DNA from: Patescibacteria group bacterium
GTDB taxonomy: Bacteria; Patescibacteriota; Minisyncoccia; 2-02-FULL-40-12; IGHO2-01-FULL-4-A
Assembly: GCA_038061865.1 (NCBI GenBank)
Contig: JBBTYI010000005.1
Location: 1 to 60,030 of the forward strand
DNA length: 60,030 nucleotides
Direction: 5' to 3'
Part shown: piece after piece, positions 32,499 to 41,474 of the stretch
How the letters are laid out: every line of letters starts with the position of its first letter
Position numbering within the stretch: position 1 is the stretch's first letter
Notes under the pieces: generated by a model
The model's database searches: none
The model's input: only the letters and a program-made list of their open reading frames with translations
What the model was told of the DNA's origin: nothing
Made by a program: the position numbers and the translations under genes

Positions 32499-33818
32499 GT
32501 GCTCGCCAAAATCAAGGAAAATTTTCTCACTAAAAAAGCGTTCTTCAAGGGCTCGTCAGTTTTGGCTTTAACGACTTTATTGAGTTATACCTTGGGCCTG
32601 CTCCGCGATCGGGTTTTCGCCCGGACCTTTGGCGCTGCGCACATCCTTGACGCTTACAACGCCGCTTTCACCCTGCCGGATTTGATTCTCAATATTTTTG
32701 TAGCCGGGGCTCTGACAGCGGCTTTTGTGCCGATTTTCAGCGACCTGACCAGTCAGAGAAAGTTCAAAGAAACCGGCGATTTTATCAATTCGGTTCTAAA
32801 CGGTTCGTTGCTGGTGGTGCTGTTGAGCGGCCTGGCCGTGTTTGCCCTCGCGCCGCAGTTGAGCAATTTAATCGTGCCGGGCTTCAGCCCCCAAGCCAAA
32901 GAAATATTTGTCAACCTTACCCGCTTGCTTTTGCTTTCGCCGCTGATTTTTTCCGTCAGCAACACCTTGGGCAATATTTTAGTGGCGCAGGAAAATTTTT
33001 TTTGGTTCGGCATTTCCGCTGCGCTTTATAATTTGGGCATCATCGCCGGCGCGGTGTTTTTGACTCCCTATTACGGCATTTACGGTGTCGCTATCGGCAC
33101 CATTGCCGGAGCGTTACTGCATCTGGCAACGCGCGTAATCGGTCTTAAATACCGTTATCGTTGGCGCCCAGTCATAAATTTCAGCTATGACTACCGGCGA
33201 TTTCTGAAACTGATGCTGCCCAAAGTGGTCGGCCATCCGATTGAACAATTGACTTTTTTAGGCTTTACGATTATCGCTTCTACCATCAGCGCCGGCTCCA
33301 TTGCCATTTTGAATTTCGCCCGCAACTTCCAAAGCGCGCCGATTAATATCATCGGGGCCACTTTTGCCTTGACCGCTTTCCCACTGCTGACTCGGGCGGT
33401 GTCGGCTGAAGACCGAAAAACTTTTCGTAAAGAATTATCTTTTACTTTTAACGCGATTTTGCTGATTAGCGCGGCCGCGGCGGTTGTTATTTATTTTTTG
33501 CGCCGGCCGTTGATCACCATTCTGCTGGGCGGCGGCGCCTTTAATCAAACGGCCATCGGTTTGACCGCGGCCACATTGGGCATTTTTGCATTATCCATCC
33601 CCACCGAAAGTTTGAGCCATCTGCTGGCTCGCGGTTTTTACGCCAAAAAAGACAGCTTGACGCCGGTGCTGGTTGGTCTGGGTTCGTTAGTAATCGCCGT
33701 TGCCAGCGCTTGGGGCTTTGCCAAAACACTTGGCGTCCCCGGCCTGGCCTGGGGATTTTTTATGGGCAGTATCCTAAAAACCGCGCTTTTATACGCGTTA
33801 TTGAATAATAAAAGTTAA
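32499..33818 (+). CDS. murJ: lipid II flippase MurJ (MviN)
   Basis: SRVLGLxRD-like SYTLGLLRDRVFARTFGA...AFTLPDLILNIF, and about 12 or more TM segments. GTG start. Confidence 0.85.
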   Translation: MLAKIKENFLTKKAFFKGSSVLALTTLLSYTLGLLRDRVFARTFGAAHILDAYNAAFTLPDLILNIFVAGALTAAFVPIFSDLTSQRKFKETGDFINSVLNGSLLVVLLSGLAVFALAPQLSNLIVPGFSPQAKEIFVNLTRLLLLSPLIFSVSNTLGNILVAQENFFWFGISAALYNLGIIAGAVFLTPYYGIYGVAIGTIAGALLHLATRVIGLKYRYRWRPVINFSYDYRRFLKLMLPKVVGHPIEQLTFLGFTIIASTISAGSIAILNFARNFQSAPINIIGATFALTAFPLLTRAVSAEDRKTFRKELSFTFNAILLISAAAAVVIYFLRRPLITILLGGGAFNQTAIGLTAATLGIFALSIPTESLSHLLARGFYAKKDSLTPVLVGLGSLVIAVASAWGFAKTLGVPGLAWGFFMGSILKTALLYALLNNKS

Positions 33819-33829
33819 CCCTGACGGAA

Positions 33830-33859
33830 TTGACTTGTTTGAGGCTTCAATTGTATAAT
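33830..33859 (+). promoter_or_regulatory. sigma-70-type promoter (TTGACT-18-TATAAT) for the 91-aa ORF
   Basis: ttgact tgtttgaggcttcaattg tataat. GGAGG lies 5 nt upstream of the ATG at 33889. Confidence 0.55.
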
Positions 33860-33888
33860 AATTTTAACTTGGTTCTTTTGGAGGAAAA

Positions 33889-34164
33889 ATGACAAAAAGT
33901 CCACATAACATCGCCGTTTTGGCAGAAGAAGCCGGGGAATTAATGGAACAAGAATTAATTAGCGAAAAAACCGCTTGCGAGCGCATTTGCCGACGGTATG
34001 ATGTGAAACCTTTCAACCAAATGGTGGAAAAGGTCAGAAACGAGCTACCCCGGTTGAAAAAAAGCCTGGCCGCCAATGACGAAACAAGACGGATTAAAGA
34101 ATTGCTCGCCGTTGCGGATTGTCAGCGCGAAAAAGTTCAAAGTCCTTGGTGGGACAGGGACTAA
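33889..34164 (+). CDS. hypothetical small protein
   Basis: 91-aa ORF with its own strong promoter and a GGAGG RBS. I recognise no motif. Confidence 0.55.
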   Translation: MTKSPHNIAVLAEEAGELMEQELISEKTACERICRRYDVKPFNQMVEKVRNELPRLKKSLAANDETRRIKELLAVADCQREKVQSPWWDRD

Positions 34165-34173
34165 CCAGAGGGA

Positions 34174-34437
34174 CTAACGGGACCGCAAAGTACCCGTTTT
34201 TTCTTTTCTTAGTAACCTAACTTTCTGTTTTACTCCCCGATTATATCCACCCAGTTGTCCGTCCGAGCGGATTACCCGATGGCAAGGAATTTTCGAGTCG
34301 TAGTTTTTGTTCAAAATATTCCCCACCGCCCGATAGGCCCGCGGCCTGCCGGCCCGGCGAGCTACTTCCCGGTAAGTTAAAACTAATCCCTTTGGAATTC
34401 CCGTCACAACACTTAAAACTTTTTCCTCAAAAGTCAT
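34174..34437 (-). CDS. MGMT-family (O6-alkylguanine-DNA alkyltransferase C-terminal domain only) protein
   Basis: The active-site PCHRVI motif is present (IPCHRVIRSDGQLGGY), with an upstream HTH (TYREVARRAG). It is only 87 aa. Confidence 0.8.
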   Translation of the reverse strand: MTFEEKVLSVVTGIPKGLVLTYREVARRAGRPRAYRAVGNILNKNYDSKIPCHRVIRSDGQLGGYNRGVKQKVRLLRKEKTGTLRSR

Positions 34438-34454
34438 CAGCGCTTAAACGTGTT

Positions 34455-35153
34455 TTAAAACCTAATATACCTCTCCCAGATCAAATACAATTCCCGGGTG
34501 GCGCGCAGGTCGCCGACATTGTAACGGGCGATGTCCAGATATTTGCCTTCTTTGAAAAGCTGGCCGACGTCCTCGCCGGTAATGCCCTCGGTCTTGGGGC
34601 TTTTGATGCCGAAGACCCGCGACCAGAGATGTAAATTCCCCTTTTTACGGACCGAGCCGTAAAAAGTCAGCTGATCCAGCAAATCCAAATGAGTGGTGTC
34701 ATTGGCGTAACGGTACGGCATCAAGTTAACCGTCGGCTTGATGCCGTGAACGGCGGAACGCACCAGCAAAAACGGTGCGTCAAATGCCCGGCCGTTGAAG
34801 CTGATGAACTGTTGGTACTTAACGGCGCCTTCCCAAAATTTCTCCAGCATTTCTTTCTCACCCATGGCCCGGAGGGTGATACCGCCCTCTTCGAAATCCT
34901 TGTCAGGTTTGCCGGGGTTTTGATAATAAACCGCCCCCAGATTTCGTTCCACGTCCAAAACGCCAATTGCCGCGATTGAGCCGGTCAGGGGCGAAAACCC
35001 CAAACCGGCTTTTAGTTCTTCCAGCGCGATTTTGTATTCTTCCTCGCTTTCCGATTCTTTTTTCAACCAGCGGGTCAACGAGTCCCGAGTAATTTTATCC
35101 AGAGAATCAAAATCCTCGCCGATGGTCTCAATGTCGAAAACTAGTTTTGCCAT
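34455..35153 (-). CDS. RNase H-fold 3'-5' exonuclease-like protein (PolB-exo-like)
   Basis: The N-terminal LVFDIETIG is an ExoI DxE motif, followed by ...FNGRAFDAPFL.. and ..YNVGDLRAT. This is a moderate-confidence family call. Confidence 0.6.
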   Translation of the reverse strand: MAKLVFDIETIGEDFDSLDKITRDSLTRWLKKESESEEEYKIALEELKAGLGFSPLTGSIAAIGVLDVERNLGAVYYQNPGKPDKDFEEGGITLRAMGEKEMLEKFWEGAVKYQQFISFNGRAFDAPFLLVRSAVHGIKPTVNLMPYRYANDTTHLDLLDQLTFYGSVRKKGNLHLWSRVFGIKSPKTEGITGEDVGQLFKEGKYLDIARYNVGDLRATRELYLIWERYIRF

Positions 35154-36133
35154 TATAACGGTTGTGGTTTATTACGCTTGTAGACATCCGGGTCAATGGT
35201 GCGGGAGAAACAGGCGCGGCCGGAGCCGTGGGCCCAGTTTTGCTGGCTGCCGTAGGGGTCATAGTAAACACTTTCCCCTCCCGGCGGCACCGGTTTTAAC
35301 AAACGCGGCGCGTAACCGGCGTCTTGATAATTGCTGTCGGTCTTGAAATTAGCGCACAATTCAAATGCTAAAGCGCTTCTGACCGTGTATTCGTAAAGTC
35401 GCTGGGTTTCCGGGTCCAACGGCGGAGTGTAGCCGGAGATGTCGTCTTTTAGATCGTCAAGTTTGGCCGGCAAACGATTTTTGTTCTGCCAATAGTTTAT
35501 CGCCTGATATTGAATGCTTTGTAAATCACTGACTCGCCTCTCGTCAAATCTCCGGGCGCGCTGGGTGGCCGGTGAACCGACGATGAAAAACCCGGCGATA
35601 ATTGCCGTGATTACGGCCAGCGTTGCCGCGGCGGCCACCGCTCTTTGCTTGCCCGGCATCACCGTCTGCCGTTTAATATCCCAAATATAGTAAGCAAAAA
35701 CTGCCGCGGCGACAATCAGCACCGCCAGTGTTTTGAGGAAAAATCTAGTGGTCAATTCACCGCTGTAAAAATTGTAAACCAGCGTCACTAAATCAACGAT
35801 GATGGTGACGGCGGAAATGAATAATGTCAGATAGACCAGCCATTTGCGAACTTTGATTTCTCGGCGCTCGGGCGCGGCGATGTACTCGCGGCTCAACAGC
35901 CAAAATAAAATTACAAACACCGGGAAGACAACTATCAGCGCCGCCGAGGAAAGGCGGATTTGGTTGAGTGAACAGGAGTAGCAGAAACTCAATTGGTCGG
36001 GGTACAAGACGTCAATATAGGCAAAGGTCAGCGCGATGAAACTGACTACGCTGGCATAAAGTGTTACCGTCACCAACAGATACATAAAAAAGTCGCGGGG
36101 CGTGCTTTTAGGTATAATATTTGTGTTTTCCAT
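35153..36133 (-). CDS. polytopic membrane protein fused to a pilin-like extracytoplasmic C-terminal domain
   Basis: About 5 TM segments. After them, RARRFDERRVSDLQSIQYQAINYW resembles the R-x-D-x2-R-x2-D-L-x2-I motif that follows the N-terminal helix in CPR type IV pilin-like proteins. Confidence 0.5.
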   Translation of the reverse strand: MENTNIIPKSTPRDFFMYLLVTVTLYASVVSFIALTFAYIDVLYPDQLSFCYSCSLNQIRLSSAALIVVFPVFVILFWLLSREYIAAPERREIKVRKWLVYLTLFISAVTIIVDLVTLVYNFYSGELTTRFFLKTLAVLIVAAAVFAYYIWDIKRQTVMPGKQRAVAAAATLAVITAIIAGFFIVGSPATQRARRFDERRVSDLQSIQYQAINYWQNKNRLPAKLDDLKDDISGYTPPLDPETQRLYEYTVRSALAFELCANFKTDSNYQDAGYAPRLLKPVPPGGESVYYDPYGSQQNWAHGSGRACFSRTIDPDVYKRNKPQPL

Positions 36134-36183
36134 TTGTGAAGGTGGGGACAGAAATGAGCGCCTTCAAAACAACATTACGAACC

Positions 36184-36732
36184 CTACCTACTACGAAAAT
36201 CTTTAAAGCCGTAATCCGGGATATTCCTCTCCGGGCCGGCGATATTGCGATGGGCTTTGATAAAAGCGTTAATTTGCACCTCGTCAATATTATCAAGTTT
36301 CAGCAAATACTGCCAGGCGGCCAGAGCAATCGGCGAATCGTTTTTCGCTCGGGGGGCCACGATTATCCGCGAGCCATAGCGCTTGGCAATATCGGCCAGT
36401 TTGTCTTGCTGATCTTTGGGCAAATCAAGGCGATAAGAGACCCAGATGTGGCCGTGCTCCAGGTTGTGAATTAACTGTTCATCTGGCGGTTCTTTATCAT
36501 AAATTCCGGTTTGGACCGGATTGTCATAATGCCAGCCGCCGGTGGGCGGGTTAGAATTGTAGTCGGGATGACTGGCGCCGACGTTGATATGGTTGCGCGA
36601 CTGCGCCGGAAAAAATTGACCGGGCAACGGCCCGCCGCCGCTTTTGGCCGCTTGATAAATCCCGTAAATTGCCAACCAAATTAATCCCAGACCAACCAGC
36701 CAATAAATAATTTTCTTTGCACTTTGACCCAC
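36184..36732 (-). CDS. DUF3105-like membrane-anchored protein
   Basis: A TM anchor, then ...PPTGGWHYDNP...LIHNLEHGHIWVSY...ALAAW, remembered as the DUF3105 pattern. GTG start. Confidence 0.6.
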   Translation of the reverse strand: MGQSAKKIIYWLVGLGLIWLAIYGIYQAAKSGGGPLPGQFFPAQSRNHINVGASHPDYNSNPPTGGWHYDNPVQTGIYDKEPPDEQLIHNLEHGHIWVSYRLDLPKDQQDKLADIAKRYGSRIIVAPRAKNDSPIALAAWQYLLKLDNIDEVQINAFIKAHRNIAGPERNIPDYGFKDFRSR

Positions 36733-36735
36733 GGA

Positions 36736-36927
36736 TTATTTTCTCAAAAATTTAAGGAATTTTTTCTTCTTATTTTTCCACCACATCCAACGGTGGCCGA
36801 AAGCCATATCCAATCCTATTAAAAGCAAGATTGAGCCGGGTGTAAAGGGGGTAAGCAAAATCAACAAGCCCAACGCGGCTAAAATCAAACCGGCTATTTT
36901 CCGATTGCCTTTTTTCATCGTTACCAT
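36736..36927 (-). CDS. small two-TM membrane protein
   Basis: 63-aa ORF, almost entirely hydrophobic, with a Lys-rich tail. Confidence 0.5.
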   Translation of the reverse strand: MVTMKKGNRKIAGLILAALGLLILLTPFTPGSILLLIGLDMAFGHRWMWWKNKKKKFLKFLRK

Positions 36928-37031
36928 ACTAGCAAAACCGCAATTATTTATCCACCGCTATTATTGTCAACCGGCGCTGTTCAAGTTATAGTATGCTCGG
37001 GTCGAGTAAAAATTATTTGTTTCTAAAAATT

Positions 37032-37532
37032 ATGAAAAAATTAATCACCGCGGGTATAGCGGTTACTATGCTTTTATCGGGGCTGGCGGTTTTTGCCGAT
37101 GAGACCTCGCCCACGTTTACTAACTCGCCTAAGGTTTCGCCGAGCCGAACGCCAAAAGTAAACCAACAGCAAAAAAAAGCGGAGCTGGAAGCCAAAAAAG
37201 CGCGGGAACGGGAATGCCGCGCGACCAAGCGCATCGCCGAGCAGGATTATCAAAACGCCCTTAAGAATGCCAGACAAATTTATCTGGCGGCGTTGGCAAA
37301 AGCCCGCGCCGAGCATAAAGCGGCAATAGCAAAGGCGAGAGCGAATCAATCACAGGAAGAAACCCGGGCGGCCAATCAGGTTCTCAATGAGGCCAAAAAA
37401 GCCGCGCAGAAAGCGTGGGAGGAAGCCAAACGGGCAGCCCGTCAGGCCTTTGCCGGAGCCAAAGCGGCGGCCAAAGATAAATGCGCCCGCCTTTTACCGA
37501 CCGCCAGTCCGACCCCAACGCCAAACCAGTAA
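37032..37532 (+). CDS. secreted Ala/Lys-rich low-complexity protein
   Basis: The signal peptide is MKKLITAGIAVTMLLSGLAVFA. It is followed by AKKA/EAKRAA-type helical repeats. Confidence 0.6.
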   Translation: MKKLITAGIAVTMLLSGLAVFADETSPTFTNSPKVSPSRTPKVNQQQKKAELEAKKARERECRATKRIAEQDYQNALKNARQIYLAALAKARAEHKAAIAKARANQSQEETRAANQVLNEAKKAAQKAWEEAKRAARQAFAGAKAAAKDKCARLLPTASPTPTPNQ

Positions 37533-37557
37533 CTTGAGTCTTGAGGTTCCCTGTACT

Positions 37558-38112
37558 ATGAAGAGATTTGAAGCTTTTTCAGCGATTGACCGCGCCGATT
37601 TTGTGTCCGACAAATACAAAGCAGAGGCCTATGCCGATGCGCCGCTCCCGATCGGCCACGGTTTTTTTACCAGTCAGCCTAGTACTATCGCTTTTATGTT
37701 GGAAAAACTGAAAGCGCAGCCCGACCAGAAAATTCTGGAAATCGGCACTGGCTCTGGCTATCTGACCGCTCTTCTGGCAAAAATTGTTGGCCCGGCCGGA
37801 AAAGTTTTTTCAATAGAATATCTGCTGGAACTCACAGAATTTGCCCGAAATAATCTGAAAAAGTACCATTTTGAAAATATAACGTTGGTGACCGGCGACG
37901 GCAAAAAAGGTCTGCCCGGCCAATCCCCTTTTGACCGGATAATTTCTTCGGCCGAGGCCCGCGCCATTCCCCGGGCCTGGAAACGGCAGCTGGCTGCCAG
38001 AGGCATAATACTAACACCATTCAACTCGCACCTTTTGAAACTTACCAAAATTGCGCGGGGCAAATTCAAGGAACAAAAATTCCCGGTTTTTGAGTTCGTG
38101 AAGCTAAGATAA
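37558..38112 (+). CDS. pcm: protein-L-isoaspartate O-methyltransferase
   Basis: It has the Pcm pre-motif TSQPSTIAFMLE and the SAM motif ILEIGTGSGYLTALLA. I chose the ATG at 37558; the upstream Arg/Pro-rich part of the track ORF is an alternate frame of the preceding gene. Confidence 0.85.
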   Translation: MKRFEAFSAIDRADFVSDKYKAEAYADAPLPIGHGFFTSQPSTIAFMLEKLKAQPDQKILEIGTGSGYLTALLAKIVGPAGKVFSIEYLLELTEFARNNLKKYHFENITLVTGDGKKGLPGQSPFDRIISSAEARAIPRAWKRQLAARGIILTPFNSHLLKLTKIARGKFKEQKFPVFEFVKLR

Positions 38113-38235
38113 GCGAAGCAAAAATTTTCTGATTTGGCGGCAAATTTTTTAGCACTTTTACAAAAAGAAAAAGGCCACGATTCACAGAGAATAAAAATAA
38201 TAATCTCTGCAAAACTTGGCCTGTTTAAAACTAAT

Positions 38236-38850
38236 CTAATCTGTCTCTGTCGGATGCTGTATCCGCGACACCCATTCTACTCCCAGAAAAATCAGGGCTA
38301 AATGTCGCAGGACACAGACAAATAACCACCGACCTTTCGATTTTTGGAGAACAGCCCTATGGGATGAGTCCCATAGTCCCTCCACGTTTTTTATTGCGAT
38401 TTTTGAATCTGGGAAGATTTCCTCCCAGATCATTTTAGCGCTTCTGGCGTGGGGCCAGTCAAGCACTATCACAATGTTTTTAGGGTTTAGACCGCAATTT
38501 AAAACAGCGGCCTTAATCTCCCGAGCTTCTGAAACGGAATTCGTAATTCCGGAAGCGATAATGGGAAGCCCCGAGATTCCCGCCCCGAGAAATTTTATTT
38601 TCTCCTCATCTTCTTTTTCTTTACAGCCTGGCCAAAAATATGTTGAGCTAGCCCAGGCTATTCTTACCCGATGTTTTTGTTTTTTGGCTATTTGGGCTGC
38701 CGCCCAAAGCGCTTTTCTTTCTGCATCAGGTAGCTCATCTCTCGTCGTCAACCCGTACCCCAGCGGGACCACCAAGTCGAAATCGTAACTTTCAACTTCA
38801 TCCCGCAGTCCATAAACAGACCGCATCAGACGATACCACCACGCTACCAT
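38236..38850 (-). CDS. DUF218 / YdcF-like protein
   Basis: 204 aa. ...VVPLGYGL... and ...NSVSEAREIK... resemble the DUF218 fold pattern; this is a weak assignment. The region is visibly AT-richer. Confidence 0.5.
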   Translation of the reverse strand: MVAWWYRLMRSVYGLRDEVESYDFDLVVPLGYGLTTRDELPDAERKALWAAAQIAKKQKHRVRIAWASSTYFWPGCKEKEDEEKIKFLGAGISGLPIIASGITNSVSEAREIKAAVLNCGLNPKNIVIVLDWPHARSAKMIWEEIFPDSKIAIKNVEGLWDSSHRAVLQKSKGRWLFVCVLRHLALIFLGVEWVSRIQHPTETD

Positions 38851-39132
38851 ACAGCACCCCCTATTTTGAATTTATTTTTTATTGTTAAGGTGCAAAAATC
38901 GCACCGTTACAGCCAGAAACTATCATTTCTGAATCCTACAAAAAGGGTATCATATAGCAACATAAATGTCAATAGTTGCCCGGTGAATTATCATTCTAAC
39001 CGCAACTAAGTTTGCAGGCTAACTGCAACCCCCAAGTTTTTTTTCGAATTGTTCAATATGCAAAATTCTAACAACTTGCTTTGAGCTCGTGTAGTGACCA
39101 CCCTAAATACGTCCTTCGGCTCACTACGTTCG

Positions 39133-39259
39133 CTCAGGACACTTCTCCTCGCTCAATACAAGAATGGCCTGCACTGAGCGAGCGAAGCGAGTCGAAGTGC
39201 CCTTCGATAAACTCAGGACACTTCTCCAATCTCAGCTTGCACTGAGCTTGTCGAAGTGC
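39133..39259. repeat. two tandem modules, each with three conserved blocks (ctcaggacacttctcc / tgcactgagc / gtcgaagtgc), abutting the tRNA-Gln 3' end
   Basis: Block a lies at 39133-39148 and 39212-39227 (16/16 identical). Block b lies at 39170-39179 and 39238-39247. Block c lies at 39191-39200 and 39250-39259. The spacers differ (21/11 nt vs 10/2 nt). Confidence 0.75.
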
Positions 39260-39329
39260 TGCGGGGGAAGGAGTCGGACCTTCATACCGGGATTCAAAGT
39301 CCCGTGTCCTACCGTTAGACGACCCCGCA
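39259..39329 (-). tRNA. tRNA-Gln (anticodon TTG), U1-A72, G73
   Basis: My manual fold is TGCGGGG TC GTCT AACGGTA GGAC A CGGGA CTTTGAA TCCCG GTAT GAAGG TCCGACT CCTTC CCCCGCA G. The T-loop (TCCGACT) is atypical. Confidence 0.8.
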
Positions 39330-39361
39330 AAATAAAAATATTATAACAATAAAACCTCGGT

Positions 39362-40423
39362 TTAACAATTTGCTTCCCACCGCTTGACGTAGCGGCGGTA
39401 AAGGAGCCAGCCGATGGGGATGGGAAGCCAAAAGCTGAAGGCGCGGAAAAGCAGGGTGATGGCCAGTGCGAGGTCCAGTGGCGTATCGAAAGTAGTCAAC
39501 ACGAAAATCATACTCCCCTCAAAGACGCCAAACGCGCCGGGAACAAATGATACCATCGCGATAAAACGGGCCAGGGTGAAAACCACGAAAGCGGCCACGA
39601 AAGCCAGCGGCGCGCCGACCGCATAGCCGACGAAGTACAATGTGAAGACATTGGCGAAGAACTGAAGCCCTTGCCAAAGGCAGGCGAGGAAAAATTTTTG
39701 CTTGTGTTTGCCAAGCTCCTTGAGGTTGAGCGTCTCGCGAATCTGGTCAAACAGTTCCGTGACGTGACCGGTATGTTCGCGCTTCTTGCCGTTTTCGAAA
39801 TAGCGGTGCAGTTTATTGACCACCCAGCGGGCCACCCGGCCGCGGCGTTTTTTCTGAAAACCGAAAAAAATGGCCGTGAACAGGACGGCAAAAAACAAGA
39901 ACAGATAAATGAAATAAGCGATCTGCGGGTAACGCCCGAAGCTGTCGCTCCAGAATAACAACAAAGCCGATAGCAAAAAGAAAACAGCAAAGGCGATATA
40001 GAGCGTCAGCAGTTCCAGCAGGGCCCGGCCGATCCCCTCCACCAGCGAGAGGCCGTGTTTTTTCAGGTATTGGACAAAAAAGGCTTGCCCGGAAATATTG
40101 GCCGAGGGCAGGGCTTGGTTGAGAAACTGGACGACAAAAGTAACCGGAAAAAGTTCGCGCACACTGATGGACAGATCCTTGATTTTCAGAACGTCGCGGT
40201 AGTTGAGCGCGAGGTAGTAATAAACCAGCAGCTGACTGATGATAATGCCAACCAGCCACCAGAGATTGGTCTTGAGGAAGATATTCCAAAGCAGGGCAAA
40301 TTCAGAGACACGCGAATAGACCAGTACCAGAACGGCAATGGTGACCAAATAAAACAATACGCGCCGGAGATTTAGGCGCGGACGGGAAAGCGGCAAAAAA
40401 TCACTGTTAGGATTGCTCATCAA
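39362..40423 (-). CDS. polytopic membrane protein, lysylphosphatidylglycerol-synthase-TM-like (UPF0104 / flippase-like)
   Basis: 353 aa with about 8 TM segments. A C-terminal FVPGAFGVFEGSM resembles the P-G-G-x-G-x-x-E motif of this family. Confidence 0.6.
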   Translation of the reverse strand: MMSNPNSDFLPLSRPRLNLRRVLFYLVTIAVLVLVYSRVSEFALLWNIFLKTNLWWLVGIIISQLLVYYYLALNYRDVLKIKDLSISVRELFPVTFVVQFLNQALPSANISGQAFFVQYLKKHGLSLVEGIGRALLELLTLYIAFAVFFLLSALLLFWSDSFGRYPQIAYFIYLFLFFAVLFTAIFFGFQKKRRGRVARWVVNKLHRYFENGKKREHTGHVTELFDQIRETLNLKELGKHKQKFFLACLWQGLQFFANVFTLYFVGYAVGAPLAFVAAFVVFTLARFIAMVSFVPGAFGVFEGSMIFVLTTFDTPLDLALAITLLFRAFSFWLPIPIGWLLYRRYVKRWEANC

Positions 40424-41474
40424 TTAGTTCCAACACCGCCAGTTCCAGCGGCAGTTGCGGCACCGGCGAGGATTTGAACTCGCTTTTGGCTTTGATAAAA
40501 GCGTTCATAATTTTGACTAAAGCTTGGGGATTGACTAAGCCAGTTGGTTGGGGTGAACCGATAAAAGTTATTAATTGGTTCCGGGTGTAATTGATAAACT
40601 GCCGCGTGAAGTTTTCCAAATCAACTCCCGATTCATACAGTTCGCTGATCTTGGCCAAAGCCGCAGCCGCCTCCCGATTAATTATCGCCGTCAAAAATTG
40701 CTCGTGCACTTCCATCGGCACCACGCCCAAAATTTCAAAAGTGTGTTCAGCGGTGATGCGCGCGCCGGCGTAGGAAATCAGCTTGGCCAGCGCCGATTCG
40801 GCGTCGCGCAATGAACCGCCGGCATGGCTCGCCAATGCGAACAGCGCTTGTTCTTCCACTTCTATTTTCTCGGCCTTAGCAACGCGTTTAAGTTTTTGGA
40901 CGATTTTGTCGTGAGCGAGTTTTTTGAAATCAAATCGCTGGACGCGCGACAAAATCGTCTCCGGCAATTTGTGCGGTTCGGTGGTGGCGAGGATGAAGAG
41001 CGCGTGCGCCGGCGGTTCTTCCAGCGTCTTGAGCAGAGCGTTGAAAGCCGATTTGGACAGCATATGCACTTCGTCAATCAAGAATATTTTGTACTGTCCG
41101 CCGCTGGCCGCGGTGCGCACCGAGTCATTCAGCTCACGGATATTGTCCACGCCGGTTTGCGAAGCGGCGTCAATTTCAATCAGGTCAAGGGAATTACCGA
41201 GATTAACAGCTTGGCAACTGGGGCACTGATTGCACGGCTCAATGTTATCAGGTTTTAGGCGATAGGTTTCAGGTGATAGGTTTTTACAATTGAGTGTCTT
41301 GGCAAATAATCTAGCAATCGTTGTCTTCCCCGTCCCCCGCGGGCCGCAAAAAAGATAAGCATGCCCGACGCGCCCAGTGGAGAGCGCGCCCTGAAGCGTT
41401 CGCACGACATGCTCCTGCCCCTCCACTTCACTGAATAATTGAGGTCTATATTTGCGGTAAAGAGTCAAAGGCAT
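40407..41474 (-). CDS. dnaX: DNA polymerase III subunit gamma/tau, short (domains I-III only)
   Basis: LYRKYRPQLFSEVEGQEHV...GPRGTGKTT...CNQCPSCQAV (Zn module)...IDEVHMLS...SRVQRF. I chose the ATG at 41474, which gives 355 aa. Confidence 0.9.
   Translation of the reverse strand: MPLTLYRKYRPQLFSEVEGQEHVVRTLQGALSTGRVGHAYLFCGPRGTGKTTIARLFAKTLNCKNLSPETYRLKPDNIEPCNQCPSCQAVNLGNSLDLIEIDAASQTGVDNIRELNDSVRTAASGGQYKIFLIDEVHMLSKSAFNALLKTLEEPPAHALFILATTEPHKLPETILSRVQRFDFKKLAHDKIVQKLKRVAKAEKIEVEEQALFALASHAGGSLRDAESALAKLISYAGARITAEHTFEILGVVPMEVHEQFLTAIINREAAAALAKISELYESGVDLENFTRQFINYTRNQLITFIGSPQPTGLVNPQALVKIMNAFIKAKSEFKSSPVPQLPLELAVLELIDEQS
41252..41286. repeat. in-frame degenerate heptamer array inside dnaX (gttttag|gcgatag|gtttcag|gtgatag|gttttta)
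   Basis: Read directly. It encodes ..KNLSPETYRLKPD.. just before the Zn-module cysteines. Confidence 0.6.

Noticed and set aside
37387-37557. The Arg/Pro-rich 57-aa N-terminal extension of the Pcm ORF, and the 13-codon extension of the 36993 ORF.
   Set aside because: The extension is the alternate frame of the 3' end of the preceding Ala/Lys-rich gene. Pcm homology starts at the ATG at 37558, and the signal peptide of the upstream gene starts at 37032.
39164-39346. The 60-aa ORF on the plus strand, and the idea that GGAGAAGTGTCCTGAG marks a class II tRNA or tRNA pseudogene.
   Set aside because: The ORF overlaps tRNA-Gln and the repeat modules, and its composition is set by the repeats. No T-arm, anticodon arm of legal size or 3' acceptor strand (CTTCTCC) follows either copy of the 16-mer.
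39508-40289. Long alternative-frame ORFs (160 aa and 158 aa, minus strand) inside the 353-aa membrane protein gene. Many antisense ORFs elsewhere belong in the same category, for example 541..1005, 4390..4971, 31412..32005, 54766..55266 and 51355..51801.
   Set aside because: Their composition is Arg/Pro/Ser/Gly-rich and low-complexity, which is typical of off-frame translation of coding DNA. Each lies fully inside a gene with a clear family signature or membrane topology.
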